From the NCBI RefSeq assembly GCF_006345805.1, contig NC_042998.1, positions 61,008,001 to 61,072,000 on the forward strand: a DNA stretch of 64,000 nt. Reading direction: 5' to 3'. Made by a program: the position numbers and the translations under genes. A model generated the notes under the pieces. That model did no database searches, was not told the origin of the DNA, and saw only the letters and a program-made list of their open reading frames with translations. The DNA comes from Octopus sinensis. Its lineage: Eukaryota. Every line of letters begins with the position of its first letter. Position 1 is the first letter of the stretch. Shown one piece after another: positions 24,968 to 37,853 of this stretch.

Positions 24968-25968
24968 GCTGGAAAGATTATATATACAATATATTGAAGG
25001 TGGTAGAGGCCTTATTTAGCTAGAAAATTAATAGCCACTATAGGATTACAGAAATACCTAATCCTAATTCAGAAACAAGGAAAACTGGTACAAGTAACCA
25101 CAGAACATGAGCAAAACAAAAAGAAAACTGTTTTCTGTCTTTAAGGAAGCTGAAAAATACAAGAAAGAAATCATAATACCTGACAGCTATGAAAAAAATA
25201 GGAAGAATCAACAAAAGCTGTAAAATTGATATCCAAACTAAAATGGAACAACAAAGTATCATGATAAAACGATGGCAAGAAAAGCCCTTACATGGTAAAT
25301 AATGGGATAAACTAAACAGAAAACAAATAGACAAAGTAAAATCAGAACAATGGCTGAGAAGCTCGGGACTCAAAGCAGAGACTAAAGGATTTTTAATTGT
25401 AGAATAAGATCAAAGCCTTCCCAGCAGAAATCACCAAGAGCACACTGTGAAAAAATATATAAGTAACTGCAGAATATGTGGTGACGAGGAAGCAACAATA
25501 AATCATATTGTCTCTGGTTGCCCAGTCCTGGCTAAGAAAGAATGTATTCACAGATATGACAGAGTTAGGACCTATATACACTGGATCTATGCCAACGCTA
25601 TGGAACGACAACAGAAAAATAGATGGTATAGGCACACGCCAGAAAAAAATTCAGAAAAGGAGAAAGCAACAAATAGATAGCAACATACGAATACATATAG
25701 ATAGAGAAATCAAGGCTAATAGATTGGGTTTAGTTATTAGTTATTAATCAAGAAAAAGATGCCTTTTAACAAATATATACCAAAACACCAGGATTTACGA
25801 ATATTTATAACATACAGAAAATAGCCATGCTAGGCACTGCCCACGTCCTACGTAAAGCACATTCAAAACTGTAAAAATGAGAGCACCACAACAAACTACA
25901 GCACATACTCAAGGCACACAGGGCTTCGCTCGGTAGTGCAGTGAAAGCACGTGATAAAAATGATACTA
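24968..25968 (+). mobile_element. R4/Dong-like LINE 3' portion (thumb, CCHC, RLE), decayed
   Basis: Colinear with 61720-62900. CRICGDEEATINHIVSGCPVLAKKE. Confidence 0.9.
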
Positions 25969-26068
25969 TTGAAGAAGAAGAAGAAGAAGAAGAAGAAGAA
26001 GAAGAAAGAAGAAGAAGAAGAAGAAGAAGAAGAAGAAGAAGATGATGATGATGATGACGACAATAATA

Positions 26069-26129
<61 letters not shown>

Positions 26130-26169
26130 TGATGATGATGATGATGATGATGACGATAAAATTAATAAG

Positions 26170-26560
26170 TCAGACTGACAGAATAATAGAAGCTAGGAGG
26201 CCTGATTTAGTAGTAGCTGACAAAGAGAAAAGAAAATGCCAGTTAATTGACTTTAGAGTCCCAAATGGTGATAAAGTGAATATGAGAGGTATTGAGAAAA
26301 TAGCAAAGTACAAGAGCTAGCCATTGAGTTACAGAGACTATGGAAAGTGCGAGTAAATGTATCCCTATAGTTATAGGTGTATTGGGAACTATTCCTACAG
26401 ATTTGAATAGATGGATAGAAGAAACGCGCATGAAACCTAGTTTAGTGCAGCTCCAACAGACAATGCTTTTAAGGACAGCTAGAATACTTAGGAAGATTCT
26501 TGGCTTAGAAGAAAAAGAGGAAAATATCAGGTTTCGGCTCGGGAAATACAACGGCGATGG
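26170..26560 (+). mobile_element. Dong-like LINE RLE tail (family 2)
   Basis: TDRIIEARRPDLVVADKEKRKCQLIDF...EKIAKY, and PIVIGVLG. Confidence 0.85.
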
Positions 26561-26574
26561 AGGGTTTCTACAAA

Positions 26575-26810
26575 GGTAATATCAGTTGTTCTAGGTGCCC
26601 TAGATACTGTCACCAACAGACTTGACAGCTTCCTTATTGACAGCTCCCTTATTGACATTGATGTAACTACCAGGGTCGCATGAATTCCGAAACCTGCTCT
26701 GTTGGGTATAGCAAGTATTGCAAGAAAGATCTTCGATATCTAAGGAAACTGGGTGTGACCCGGTATCAAGAACATTGATTCTGAATGTAAAATTTTCGTG
26801 CTCACCATGG
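26575..26810 (+). mobile_element. Dong-like LINE extreme tail (family 3) ending in (TAA)n
   Basis: VISVVLGAL...KPALLGIASIARKIFDI*. Confidence 0.6.
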
Positions 26811-26864
<54 letters not shown>

Positions 26865-26894
26865 GGAAGAAGAAGAAGAAGAAGGAGGAGGAGG

Positions 26895-27670
26895 AGGAGG
26901 AGGGGGCTTAAAGGGCCCGCTGAGGCATTAGTGTGTAGCGCTCAAGAACAAGCTCTCAGAACAAACTACTCTAAATATAACATCGATAAAAGTGCTGACT
27001 CGCCACAGTACAGGATGTACTCTGAGAAGGGAGAAAGTATAAGCCATATTGTTAGTGAGTGCTGTAAGCTGGCACAACGTGAATACAAAAGGCGACATGA
27101 CAATATGGCCAGATATGTCCACTGGCTGTTGTGTGGTAAAGCAAACCCCGAGAGAGCCGAACAATAGTAATAACACAAGCCAGAAGGAGTAATGGAAAAC
27201 GAACATTACAAAATACTTGGGGACTTTAATATACAGTGCGATCAAATCATAGCGGTGAGACGGCCAGATATCGTGATCATCCATAAGGTGGAAAAAAAAA
27301 GATAATGGATGTTATTATAGCAGGTGATTCGAGGATGAAATGTAAGGAAACAGAAAAGAGTGAGAAATACCAGCCAATGCGGGACGAGATAGGAAAGTTA
27401 TAGGACATGAGGAAGAAACGTAATGGTGATACCGGTGGTAATTGGAGCATTACGTGCAGTTTCCAAGGGCTTTGAAAAACATATTAAGAATATAGGATCT
27501 GCTGTCATGCTCGAAGTGATCCAGAAGACATCATTGTTGGGTACAGCTGGCATTCTAAGGAGAGTATTGTCTCTTTCAGTCACAGGAGAAGGCACTACTT
27601 GAAACATTTGGTGATTTGTTATTGCTTGCTTTCAAGTAAAGGCCAACCGCAAACAAAACAGCGAGAATCA
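26895..27670 (+). mobile_element. Dong-like LINE 3' fragment (family 4)
   Basis: GLKGPAEALVCSAQEQALRTN, HIVSECCKLAQREYKRRHD and RPDIV. Confidence 0.85.
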
Positions 27671-27695
27671 AAACAACAACAACAACAACAACAAC

Positions 27696-27762
<67 letters not shown>

Positions 27763-28119
27763 GTGAAGACGAAGAGCGCCATTCGATTGTAAAATATTTT
27801 ATTAGTTGAACGATATTTGAACAGTACGTCTGTTTTTGTCAAGTTCAAAATAAAAAGTGATAAAAATTCAAAATTACAGAAATTTAAACGTAAAGTATGA
27901 ACGAGAGCAACCAGCGTCCACACGCTGATGGAATGACATCATCAGTTTTTAAGTTACAATTTTATAACAGGCGAAAAGAAAAATACAGAAAAAAAACAGA
28001 AAAAAAGGAAAGAAAAAGAGAGAAAGAAGAATATTTAATCAAACAGTTTTGTATAAATTTGATGATATTCTCCTGTCATTCATTCCTCCAGGGCGTGATG
28101 TTAATAACTCGCAAACATA

Positions 28120-28545
28120 TTACTCCTCATGCATTCTGAAAGGTGAAAGTGAAGCAGATTCAGAATATATTCTGAGAATATGCACTTTCAAGTCTTCTTC
28201 AAAATTGCAGCCGCTTGAAACGAAATGTTCGGCAAATTCTGTCGAACTACTGTTATTGTGCCTGACGTCGAATCTGTGCCCATTAAACGTTTTGTTTAAT
28301 TGTTCTGTTGAACAACCAACATAAATTAAGTTGTGTTTGGTGCATTCTGCAGCGTACACCAAATGGGGATCCTTGCATGTTCCACCTTCTGTATAAATCA
28401 TAACATTTCTGTTATGATTACTGATGGAATTAACTTCACTCATGTTGTTGCACAATAAACAGGGCTTACCTCTCTTGCGGCTGTTCGTTAACGTACAGCG
28501 TGTTGATACTCCAATGTTCGTTTTCTTGGAGTCAGATATAGAGAT
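28120..28545 (-). mobile_element. PLE GIY-YIG endonuclease fragment (different family)
   Basis: KPCLLC...GGTCKDPHLVYAAECTKHNLIYVGCSTEQLNKTFNGHRFDV. Confidence 0.85.
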
Positions 28546-28675
28546 CAGTAATGTTACATATCCCAGTGCTCCAATAATTACAGGTATAAACCTGGACTTG
28601 TAATCTCGATAGAATAGCTGTAGATTCCTCAATAGATCAGCGTAGGTATTTTCCTTTTGGCTCATTTTTAGCTGT
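28546..28675 (-). mobile_element. RLE LINE tail fragment (family of 2340-2874)
   Basis: KENTYADLLRNLQLFYRDYKSRFIPVIIGALGYVT. Confidence 0.75.
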
Positions 28676-28957
28676 ATATAACTATGTATGTATGTATGTA
28701 TGTATGTATGTATGTATGTATGTATGTATGTATGTATGTATGTATGTATGTATGTATTAGTATGTATGTATATAGGTATTAATGTATGTATATATGTATG
28801 AATGTATTAGTATGTATGAAGATATGCAGGCAAGTATGTATGTACTTATACATGCATATATGTATGAATGTATCAATATGTATGTATGCATGCATGTATG
28901 TATTAATATGTATGTGTATTAATATGTACATATGTATTAATATGTACATATGTATTA

Positions 28958-28988
<31 letters not shown>

Positions 28989-29243
28989 TGTATGTATGCA
29001 GGTAGGTAGCTATATATTAGTTTCTGTAACTTTTTCGTCTATTCCATAATAAACATTTTTTTGCTTCATAGAATCCGAGGCTTGGGACGAGTTTTATGTT
29101 TCATTTGGTCTTTATTTTTGTTAGAAAATGTTTATATCGTTGAACGAGTTATAATAAGTTAAGTTTATAGTCGAACTCGATAGCATTGAAGTTAGGAAAA
29201 CACAAACATAAAAAATAGATCTGTATGTGTGTATGTGTGCGTG

Positions 29244-29298
<55 letters not shown>

Positions 29299-29324
29299 TA
29301 TATATATATATATATAGATATATA

Positions 29325-29394
<70 letters not shown>

Positions 29395-30624
29395 CATTTA
29401 AACAAATATATGTACATATTTACATGTACACACACATATGTATGTATATGTATATGTATATGTATATGTGCTTGTAGGTATGTAAATATGAGTATTAATG
29501 ATGGAATTATCTGTAGGTAATTTTATTGTTATAATACTGTGAAATTGGATAACTTGTAATGTTTATCTGTTGCTTACTCGTTTACTAGTTACATGTTTAA
29601 TTTATACAATATTTTGCTCTTGTCAATGTTTATCACCTCTCCGTCTCATATCGTAAATTCTCTGTGTAGCTAACTCCAGAACAACTTTACAGTTTGCCAT
29701 AATAAAAATAGTGATGTTGATGATGACAATGATGATGGTGATGGTAATGATGATGATGACGACACCACCACCACCACCACCACCACCACCACCAACGACA
29801 ACAACGTTGATCGCCTTGGTGGTACGTACATCAGGCTGCCCATCTGAGCTGAAAACATTTCTTGACATGCGCATCAGACCTATAAAGAGATTTACAAACA
29901 CGTCCTCCACCTCCACTACATGTACTATAGTTACCCAGTGCAGTGTATGCTTTGCTAGTCATGTTTATCGTACTACATATGGGTATACAGGATATTATAT
30001 TTTGGAGGCTTCTGTATTTTAATAGATAACAATAACATTGATTTTTTTGGCAGTTACACAACATGAAATTAAAGTGCTAACGAAGGGCAGGAGTGCCATG
30101 GCGGGATGTTACAAAACGCATCTCGTTTGCAGCCGTTTGGAGAAGAAAAAGAAAGAAACCTTTAGCGACTCTGGGAGGATAAAATGCAAAACATTAAGAA
30201 GCAACTATATTAGTAGACATATTCATACTGAAAGGTGATTTTCTAACATCTAAGTCTCCAAGATCTAGTAGGCTCCATATAATCAAATTCGTTCTTTGAT
30301 CTATGTTGTGTTTCGGCATTCCTTCGTCTTACAGTCAAAATAGAGTCAGATATATCACCGACTAAATGTATATTTACAGGCTAGCCCTGCTAACAGGAAA
30401 CCTAAGATATCTGCAATATATGAATATGTATGTGTATTGTTGAAACTAGTTTGGTAAATATGTAAATAAATCCACTTAAAAACATCTACAAGTTTTTCAA
30501 ATTCAAGTACATTTTCAAAAACAAATTCTCCTATATATATATTCGCCTTGATAGATCGCTTGCCACTAAACCTTTTTCTATTTTCTCTCCCCGTTTATTT
30601 CTATGTTCCTTTTTTATTTCTTTA

Positions 30625-30846
30625 TTGCCCACAAGGGGCTAAACGTAGAGGAGGCAAACAAGGATAGACATAGGCATTAAGTCGATTATATCACCCCCAG
30701 TGCGTAACTGGTACTTAATTTATCGACCACGAAAGGATGAAAGGCAAAGTCAACCTCGGCGGAATTTGAACTCAGAACATAAAGACAGACGAAATACTAC
30801 TAGGCATTTCTCCCGGTGTGCTAACGTTTCTGCCAGTTCACCACCT
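30625..30846 (-). mobile_element. tRNA-derived SINE, fourth family
   Basis: Head ...ctggcagaaacgttagcac...tctgagttcaaattccgccgagg and body gactttgcctttcatcctttcg. Confidence 0.8.
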
Positions 30847-30849
30847 TCA

Positions 30850-30966
30850 TTTCTGTCGAAGAGCGTAGGCTCGAAACGTAAAAGACTTTCTCACTTCCTG
30901 AGCGTTAAACTAATACATCTGTTTGTTGTTTACACACTACGTCTTTTGTTTCTTTGTAAATTCTCA
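30850..30966 (+). mobile_element. Short PLE-type terminus with hammerhead-variant motif, 3' end at (TA)n
   Basis: ctgtcgaagagcgtaggctcgaaacgtaaaagac. Homologs at 48170-48330 and 55005-55160. Confidence 0.55.
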
Positions 30967-30989
30967 TTATATATATATATATATATATA

Positions 30990-31399
30990 TTCTCTTTACT
31001 CTTTACTCTTTTCCTTGTTTCAGTCATTTGACTGCGGCCATGCTGGAGCACCGCCTTTAGTCGAGCAAATCGACCCCGGGACTTATTCGTTGTAAGCCCA
31101 GTACTTATTCTATCGGTCTCTTTTGCCGAACCGCTAAGTGACGGGGACGTAAACACACCAGCATCAGTTGTCAAGCAATGCTAGGGGGACAAACACAGAC
31201 ACACAAACATACACACACATATATATATACATATATACGACGGGCTTCTTTCAGTTTCCGTCTACCAAATCCATTCACAAGGCATTGGTCGGCCCGGGGC
31301 TATAGCAGAAGACACTTGCCCAGGATGCCGCGCAGTGGGACTGAACCCAGAACCATGTGGTTGGTTAGCAAGCTACTTACTACACAGCCACTCCTGCGA
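30990..31399 (-). mobile_element. OK-like SINE
   Basis: Full-length homolog. Confidence 0.9.
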
Positions 31400-31400
31400 C

Positions 31401-31436
<36 letters not shown>

Positions 31437-31724
31437 CCGTTTATTTTTTGTAGAAAACCATAAAAACGGAGGAGCACAGTCTAAGAAGTAGAGCAGTCTA
31501 CACTTATTACTGGTGAAGGCCTGTTTATAGGGTAGCCCTGAGTTTCTCGCCTTAAAGAGTATCTTTATTTTCGTATCATCAGGCCCTAAGACTTGTTGGC
31601 CTATGGCATCTTTAAAGTATGGAATCCAACAAGTCTTAGGGTCTGATGATACGCCATAAAGATACTCTTTACGGCGAGAAACCCAGTGTAACATTATAAA
31701 CACGCAAACACGCATTCACTAGTA

Positions 31725-31772
<48 letters not shown>

Positions 31773-31934
31773 AGAGAGAGAGACAGAGATGTTGCAGCAC
31801 GGATTTTTTCAGTGAACAGATCGCGGTCTCAAAGCGAAGAAAATATTTTGGCAAATAAAATTTAAATGTTGAAGTGAATCTAACAGTTTTGTGTTTCTTA
31901 AATGGCTTATAAACACCTTCCACACAGCAATTGT

Positions 31935-31998
<64 letters not shown>

Positions 31999-32007
31999 AT
32001 ATAATAT

Positions 32008-32051
<44 letters not shown>

Positions 32052-32221
32052 ATATATATTATTCATGCACACATATACACACAAACACACACACACATAC
32101 ACACATATATATGTGTGTGCATGTTTGTACATATAAATATATATATATATATGCATGTGTATATGTGTGTCCATAAGTAGATAGATAGAAAGACAGAAAT
32201 ATGCTTACATGCAAACATATA

Positions 32222-32744
32222 TATATTATTCTCACACAAGAATGTTGTTGACAGTGACTTCGAAGCTTTACCCAGCTAAGCCATCATCGGCCTGCGATGC
32301 GTTGGAATTAGTTTTACCTTTAATATAGTTTCTGCTGAGTTAAAATCATCGGTGGATGTGTGGGTTTATGTGAATGGTAATTGGATTTTTATGGGAAGAC
32401 GTTTTTGAAACATTTTTATTGATTAAATTTGGGTTTATGTTATTGTTGAGAATTTATTCCTGTAAACAAGCCTCTAGGTCTTTCTGTTTTGTCAGGTTGG
32501 TAGAAGGTGTGACAGTCAGTAACTTTTTTGCTTTTGGTATTAGTGGTTTCAATCCTTTTGCTTTGACAATATGAAGATCAAAGTACAAAGTCCAGTATTT
32601 AAGCCCTTAATACCTTTCCATGAAAACTCATTTATGACCCCCACTCAAACACACATCAAAAAGATGATTCTAACTCTGATGATAGCTTAGCTGGCCGAAG
32701 CTTCAAAGTTACTATTAATAACATTCTTATATGAGGAATAATAT
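32222..32744. mobile_element. Old PLE-like inverted-arm insertion
   Basis: About 67-bp diverged inverted arms (32222-32288 / 32678-32744) with a CTGATGA...GAAGCTTC hammerhead-like core. The interior is A-rich coding-like sequence on the minus strand. Confidence 0.5.
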
Positions 32745-32790
32745 AATTTGTACCCTGCTATAACTGAACATAAAAACAAACATTAATATA

Positions 32791-32832
<42 letters not shown>

Positions 32833-32833
<1 letters not shown>

Positions 32834-33243
32834 GGCGTAGGAGTGGCTGTGTGGTAAGTAGCTTGCTTACTAACCACATGGTTCGGGTTCAGTCCCACTA
32901 CGTGGCACCTTGGGCAAGTGTCTTCTACTATAGCCTCGGGCCGACCAAAGACTTGTGAGTGTATTTGATAGACGGAAACTGAAAGAAGCCCGTCGTATAT
33001 ATGTATATGGATGTATATATGTATGTGTGTGTGTATATGTCTGTGTGTCTGTGTTTGTACCCCCAACATCGCTTGACAACCGATGCTGGTATGTTGACGT
33101 CCCCGTAACTTAGCGGTTCGGCAAAAGAGACCGATAAAATAAGTACTAGGCTTACAAAGAATACGTCCTGGGGTCGATTTGCTCAAATAAAGGCGGTGCT
33201 CCAGCATGGCCATAGTCAAATGACTGAAACAAGTAAAAGAGAG
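32833..33243 (+). mobile_element. OK-like SINE
   Basis: Full-length homolog. Confidence 0.9.
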
Positions 33244-33269
33244 TATATATATATATATATTATATATAT

Positions 33270-33312
<43 letters not shown>

Positions 33313-33559
33313 GATGAGTGTGGTGTAGTGTGGTGTGGTAATGTTGAAAAAGTGAAAGCGAGTGCATGATGTATCTGTTTCACAATACCTATCCAACAAG
33401 AAGATGAATCTTGAAGTAATGCAAAATTATATGTTGGAACCAAAGCTCTATGTATTAGATATTTTATTCTACCAAATGTTTGAGTTCTCTCCAGCTTTGT
33501 TCACCTATCGCAAGAAGTGTATCAGTCTTTTTCTGTCTCTCGCTCTTTCTCTGCTTCTC

Positions 33560-33593
<34 letters not shown>

Positions 33594-33651
33594 CCTCTCT
33601 CTTTCTCTCCCTCTCTCTCTCTATGTATATATATTTATATACATACATATA

Positions 33652-33748
<97 letters not shown>

Positions 33749-34362
33749 GTTTATATATGTTCTTTCTTGCTGTCTTTCTTTCAAGAGAATAAATTTCGAA
33801 ATTTAACGCCCTAAAAATATTGCAATTCTTCAAGTACGTGAAGCTATTGATTTGATTATCTAAACTACAAAGTGTTCCAGAAAATTGTTCAAAGAAACTC
33901 TAAATCTTCAACGTATCACTGTCCTACACTCACAGACACACACACACGCACACGCATACACACACTCATGCACACATATACACACAAACACACACACACA
34001 CATACACACATATATATGTGTATGCATGTTTGTACATATGAATATATATATATATATGCATGTGTATATGTGTGTCCATAAGTAGATAGATAGAAAGACA
34101 GAAATATGCATACATGCAAACACACATACATACATACATACATACATACAAACATACATGCAAGCATGCACGCATGCATGCATGTATACATACATACGCA
34201 CACATATACATACATGCACACATAGATACATGCAGGTACGCATACATAGAGGGTTAGGTAAGTAGATAGATGTGTATGTATTTATGTATGTATGTACGTA
34301 CGTGCGTATGTATGTAAGTAAGTATGCACGTATGTATGTATGTATGTATGTATGTATGTATG

Positions 34363-34393
<31 letters not shown>

Positions 34394-35869
34394 TAACTTA
34401 CTATTATTTGCAGCTTCTGTATTACAAGAAACTATTTTTCATAAACATCAAATCATAAACAGAAATACGAAAAAAAAAGAAGTCATCAAGACTCGATTTC
34501 AAACACGTTTGTTTGTTGAAATTTTTCTTTGTTTCTTTACATACCTATTTGTCAATGGGGATATAAATGGTGACAGTTGTACAAGAACTATCCCAGCAAA
34601 TAAATGCATTTTAAAAATTTCGATACATCAATTTGCTCGTCTGTTGAAAAATTATTTGTAAACATCATCATATTTCTCTCGTTCGACCTGTAAGAATTAA
34701 GACTTTATATGATTTAAAACCGTTCTTTTTTCATTTTTATTTTGTTTTCTCTCGATATTTTTTTCTTTTTCATTAGAATATATCACATTTCTATAAATGT
34801 AAAGATGATTAAGAGAAAAAAAAAAGCAAAATTCTAGAGTTGTTTGGCAAACTATTTCATTATATTTATCTATCAATATTTTATTCATCTTGCTATCATA
34901 TAACTGTGAGATGTAGTTTGTTGTTCACATTGCTGCTAAGAGTTTATGCCATCATTTCGGTACTTCATAAAGTGGATTTCATTTTTTTTTGTTATTTTGT
35001 TTTAATTTTGTTGGGTTTTTTAATATATTTTCCCCATTTAGTATTTTAACTAACATTTTGGTGTATATATTACACACATGCACATACACACACATACACA
35101 CACGTAGACATTCACATACATACACACATACATACACAAAGATGTATAACATACATATATGTACATACATATACAGAATACACACATACGGTATATACAC
35201 ATATACCCATACATATATACATACATACACATATACACACGCACGCACACACACACACACATGCATACATACATACATACATACATACATACATACATAC
35301 ATACATAAAAGCTTGACGTTACTGCCTAATAGCCTGTCAAAACGTCGTGTATAAGATGTGCACTTCTGCCTCAACTTGTTTACTAAGGGAGCATTGTACC
35401 ACCTACAAGTTGGCTGGAAGGAGGAAGTGTGGAGGGGTGTATTGAGCATCTATTAGTTAAGAAAATGATACCCGAAAGAGCAATAAAGAACCACAAAATT
35501 TTGGCTATGGAATGGCTGGACTACCCAAAATCCTTCACATGAGTGAATTATCAAGACACAGAAGTTACCGCCAGTATTAATAGCTGCCATCCACCACCTA
35601 ACCAAAAACAGGCACATCTCCTTACTCTTTAGAAACGACAATGATGATATTAAATCTGACATAATATATTGCCAAAAAGCATCTTTTAGGGCGATAGCAT
35701 AATAGTATTTCTCTTCGTACTCTCACTGAACCGCCTGTCATGCCTAATTGCAAAACAAAGCAGCAATAGGAATGGGTTTAGTTACATCTCTCTCCTTTTC
35801 TTTGTTGATAATCTGAAGTTGTATGGGCCAAATATTAACCACATCAAAAAGTAACGGGATTTCATAATT

Positions 35870-36380
35870 CAATCCTTCAAAGACATTTGAATGAAATTTT
35901 GTGAGTTCAAATATACATTTTTGGCGGTAAAACGTAACAGACTTGTATCCTCTTCCAAGATACTAAACATAAACAAGCAAGAAATACAGCATCTGCTCTT
36001 TGTGGAAAGTCTTGGACAGGATAAGGTGGCAACTATGAGGGAAAGGACTAGGAATGAGTAACTCAAGAGGGTAAAAAATATATGGTCATCTGAATCCTCA
36101 GCTTACAACAAGCATATCGCCCATAACGCCTTTGCAGTGCCTGTCCTCACACCTATATTTAGCGTTCTGAACTGGTCACTACAAGAACTCAATGAGAAAG
36201 ATGTTCGAACTCGTATATTGCTCAGCGTTACAGGAAGCTTCAACATCGTCTCTGGAGATTCATACAGGCTATACATTCTATGCAAGGATGGTGACCGTTG
36301 TCTCAAATCTGCATAGATGTCATATGAAGCACAAATTGTGATACCGAAGCAACATCTGCAGCAGAGGAAAAAGACTAGTG
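35870..36380 (+). mobile_element. Ancient R4/Dong-like RT thumb fragment
   Basis: NKHIAHNAFAVPVLTPIFSVLNWSLQELNEKDVRTRILL...RLYILCKDGDRCL. Confidence 0.7.
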
Positions 36381-37597
36381 ACTATTTCGCCCAAGTTTGT
36401 GACCATAAAATCAAGAAAATAATTAAGGTAGGTAGTGAACTTCAGGAGAGACATGAAATACGAGTGTTATAAAGCGATCTTTTGCTATTGTTTTGTCTTT
36501 GTACGACAGTTGTCGCTCTGACAGATATTGTTATATTACGAAGTCGTCGATAGAATGCTTCAATCCGGCGCTGTACGAATACCAGTCGTACAGTGTTATT
36601 ATATTCAAAAGGTTGGATCGTTATAACGTCCACTCAGTATCACAGTATAATTATTATATCAGCACAGACACGACTATCAACACAGTCTACACGTACTCTC
36701 TAGATACCGGCCAACGTCACCTTACTTATAGTGACTGCTCCATTCCTCTCGTCACACGGGAGGAGTGTACCATTATTACTAATTCCCTATAACAAAGAAG
36801 TAACACAGTACTCTTCCTAAGGAACTTTGGTAAACTCTATCAAAAAATGTTTTTTAATAGACCAGTTCACTGAGAAAATAGCACGAAAAAACAAGCCCTA
36901 GAAAGAAGTGATCATGTCAAAACCTTGGCATGGAGTACTGACAAGTTTATAAGTTCCCACTTCAAAGATCACCTCCATGTATTTTAAGAACAAGGGATTC
37001 CCACCAAGTACCTGCAACATAAAACGCAGAAAACGTTGGTAAGGAATTTTCAAATCCAGTGCCCAAAACATGTTTTCAGTTTCATATCTATTATTATCGA
37101 AGTAACAGGATATGTACCGATCCATCTAGAGCAAGGTATGGCTGAACTTGGGTTCTTGGGGAGAAAATGCAATTTGTTGATTCATACATTAAAAAATGAT
37201 CGCGATATCTAAGGCATTAAACATCTGCAAGACCTTCTTAAGAGTTAAAGAATGATGAACAAAACATGATAATTTCCTTCACAAATTTGCTACCAAGTGG
37301 ATGACCAGTCAAAATTAATTCTAAATTAAAAAAAAAGAAAACATAATATATACATTCGTACAAGTATAAGCACGTACATACATAAATACAGACATACATA
37401 CAATATGGCGCTATCAACATCAAACGTACAGGCGTAGAGAACCGATGGGAATGCCTTTTTGAACATTCTTTCTACAAACTTTTTCAACTCTCCTTTAAAT
37501 CGGTAACTTGTTTATTTCTTCTGTTATAAATAAAAGAAACATCTTCTGCTTATTAACGTATCGTTATTCAAACCTTATTTAAAAATATACCTTACAG

Positions 37598-37692
37598 CGC
37601 GCAGAATTCTGCTAGTACGATCATGGCTGACACTGACAGCAATAACAAGCACCGGCACCAATACAAGCTGTACTATGACATTTGTAACTTAG
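37598..37692 (+). CDS. Candidate host exon (MADTDSNNKHRHQYKLYYDICNL-), unidentified
   Basis: ccttacag acceptor, ATG at 37623, one fully open frame and a strong AG|GTAAGT donor in non-repetitive DNA. No homology recognised. Confidence 0.3.
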
Positions 37693-37763
37693 GTAAGTTT
37701 ATCTTAAAGTCTTACCGCCATAAAGATTGACTACCCTTTTGGAATGAATATATCTTTGATTTT

Positions 37764-37767
<4 letters not shown>

Positions 37768-37850
<83 letters not shown>
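37768..37850. repeat. (GA)n microsatellite
   Basis: Direct reading. Confidence 0.98.
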
Positions 37851-37853
<3 letters not shown>

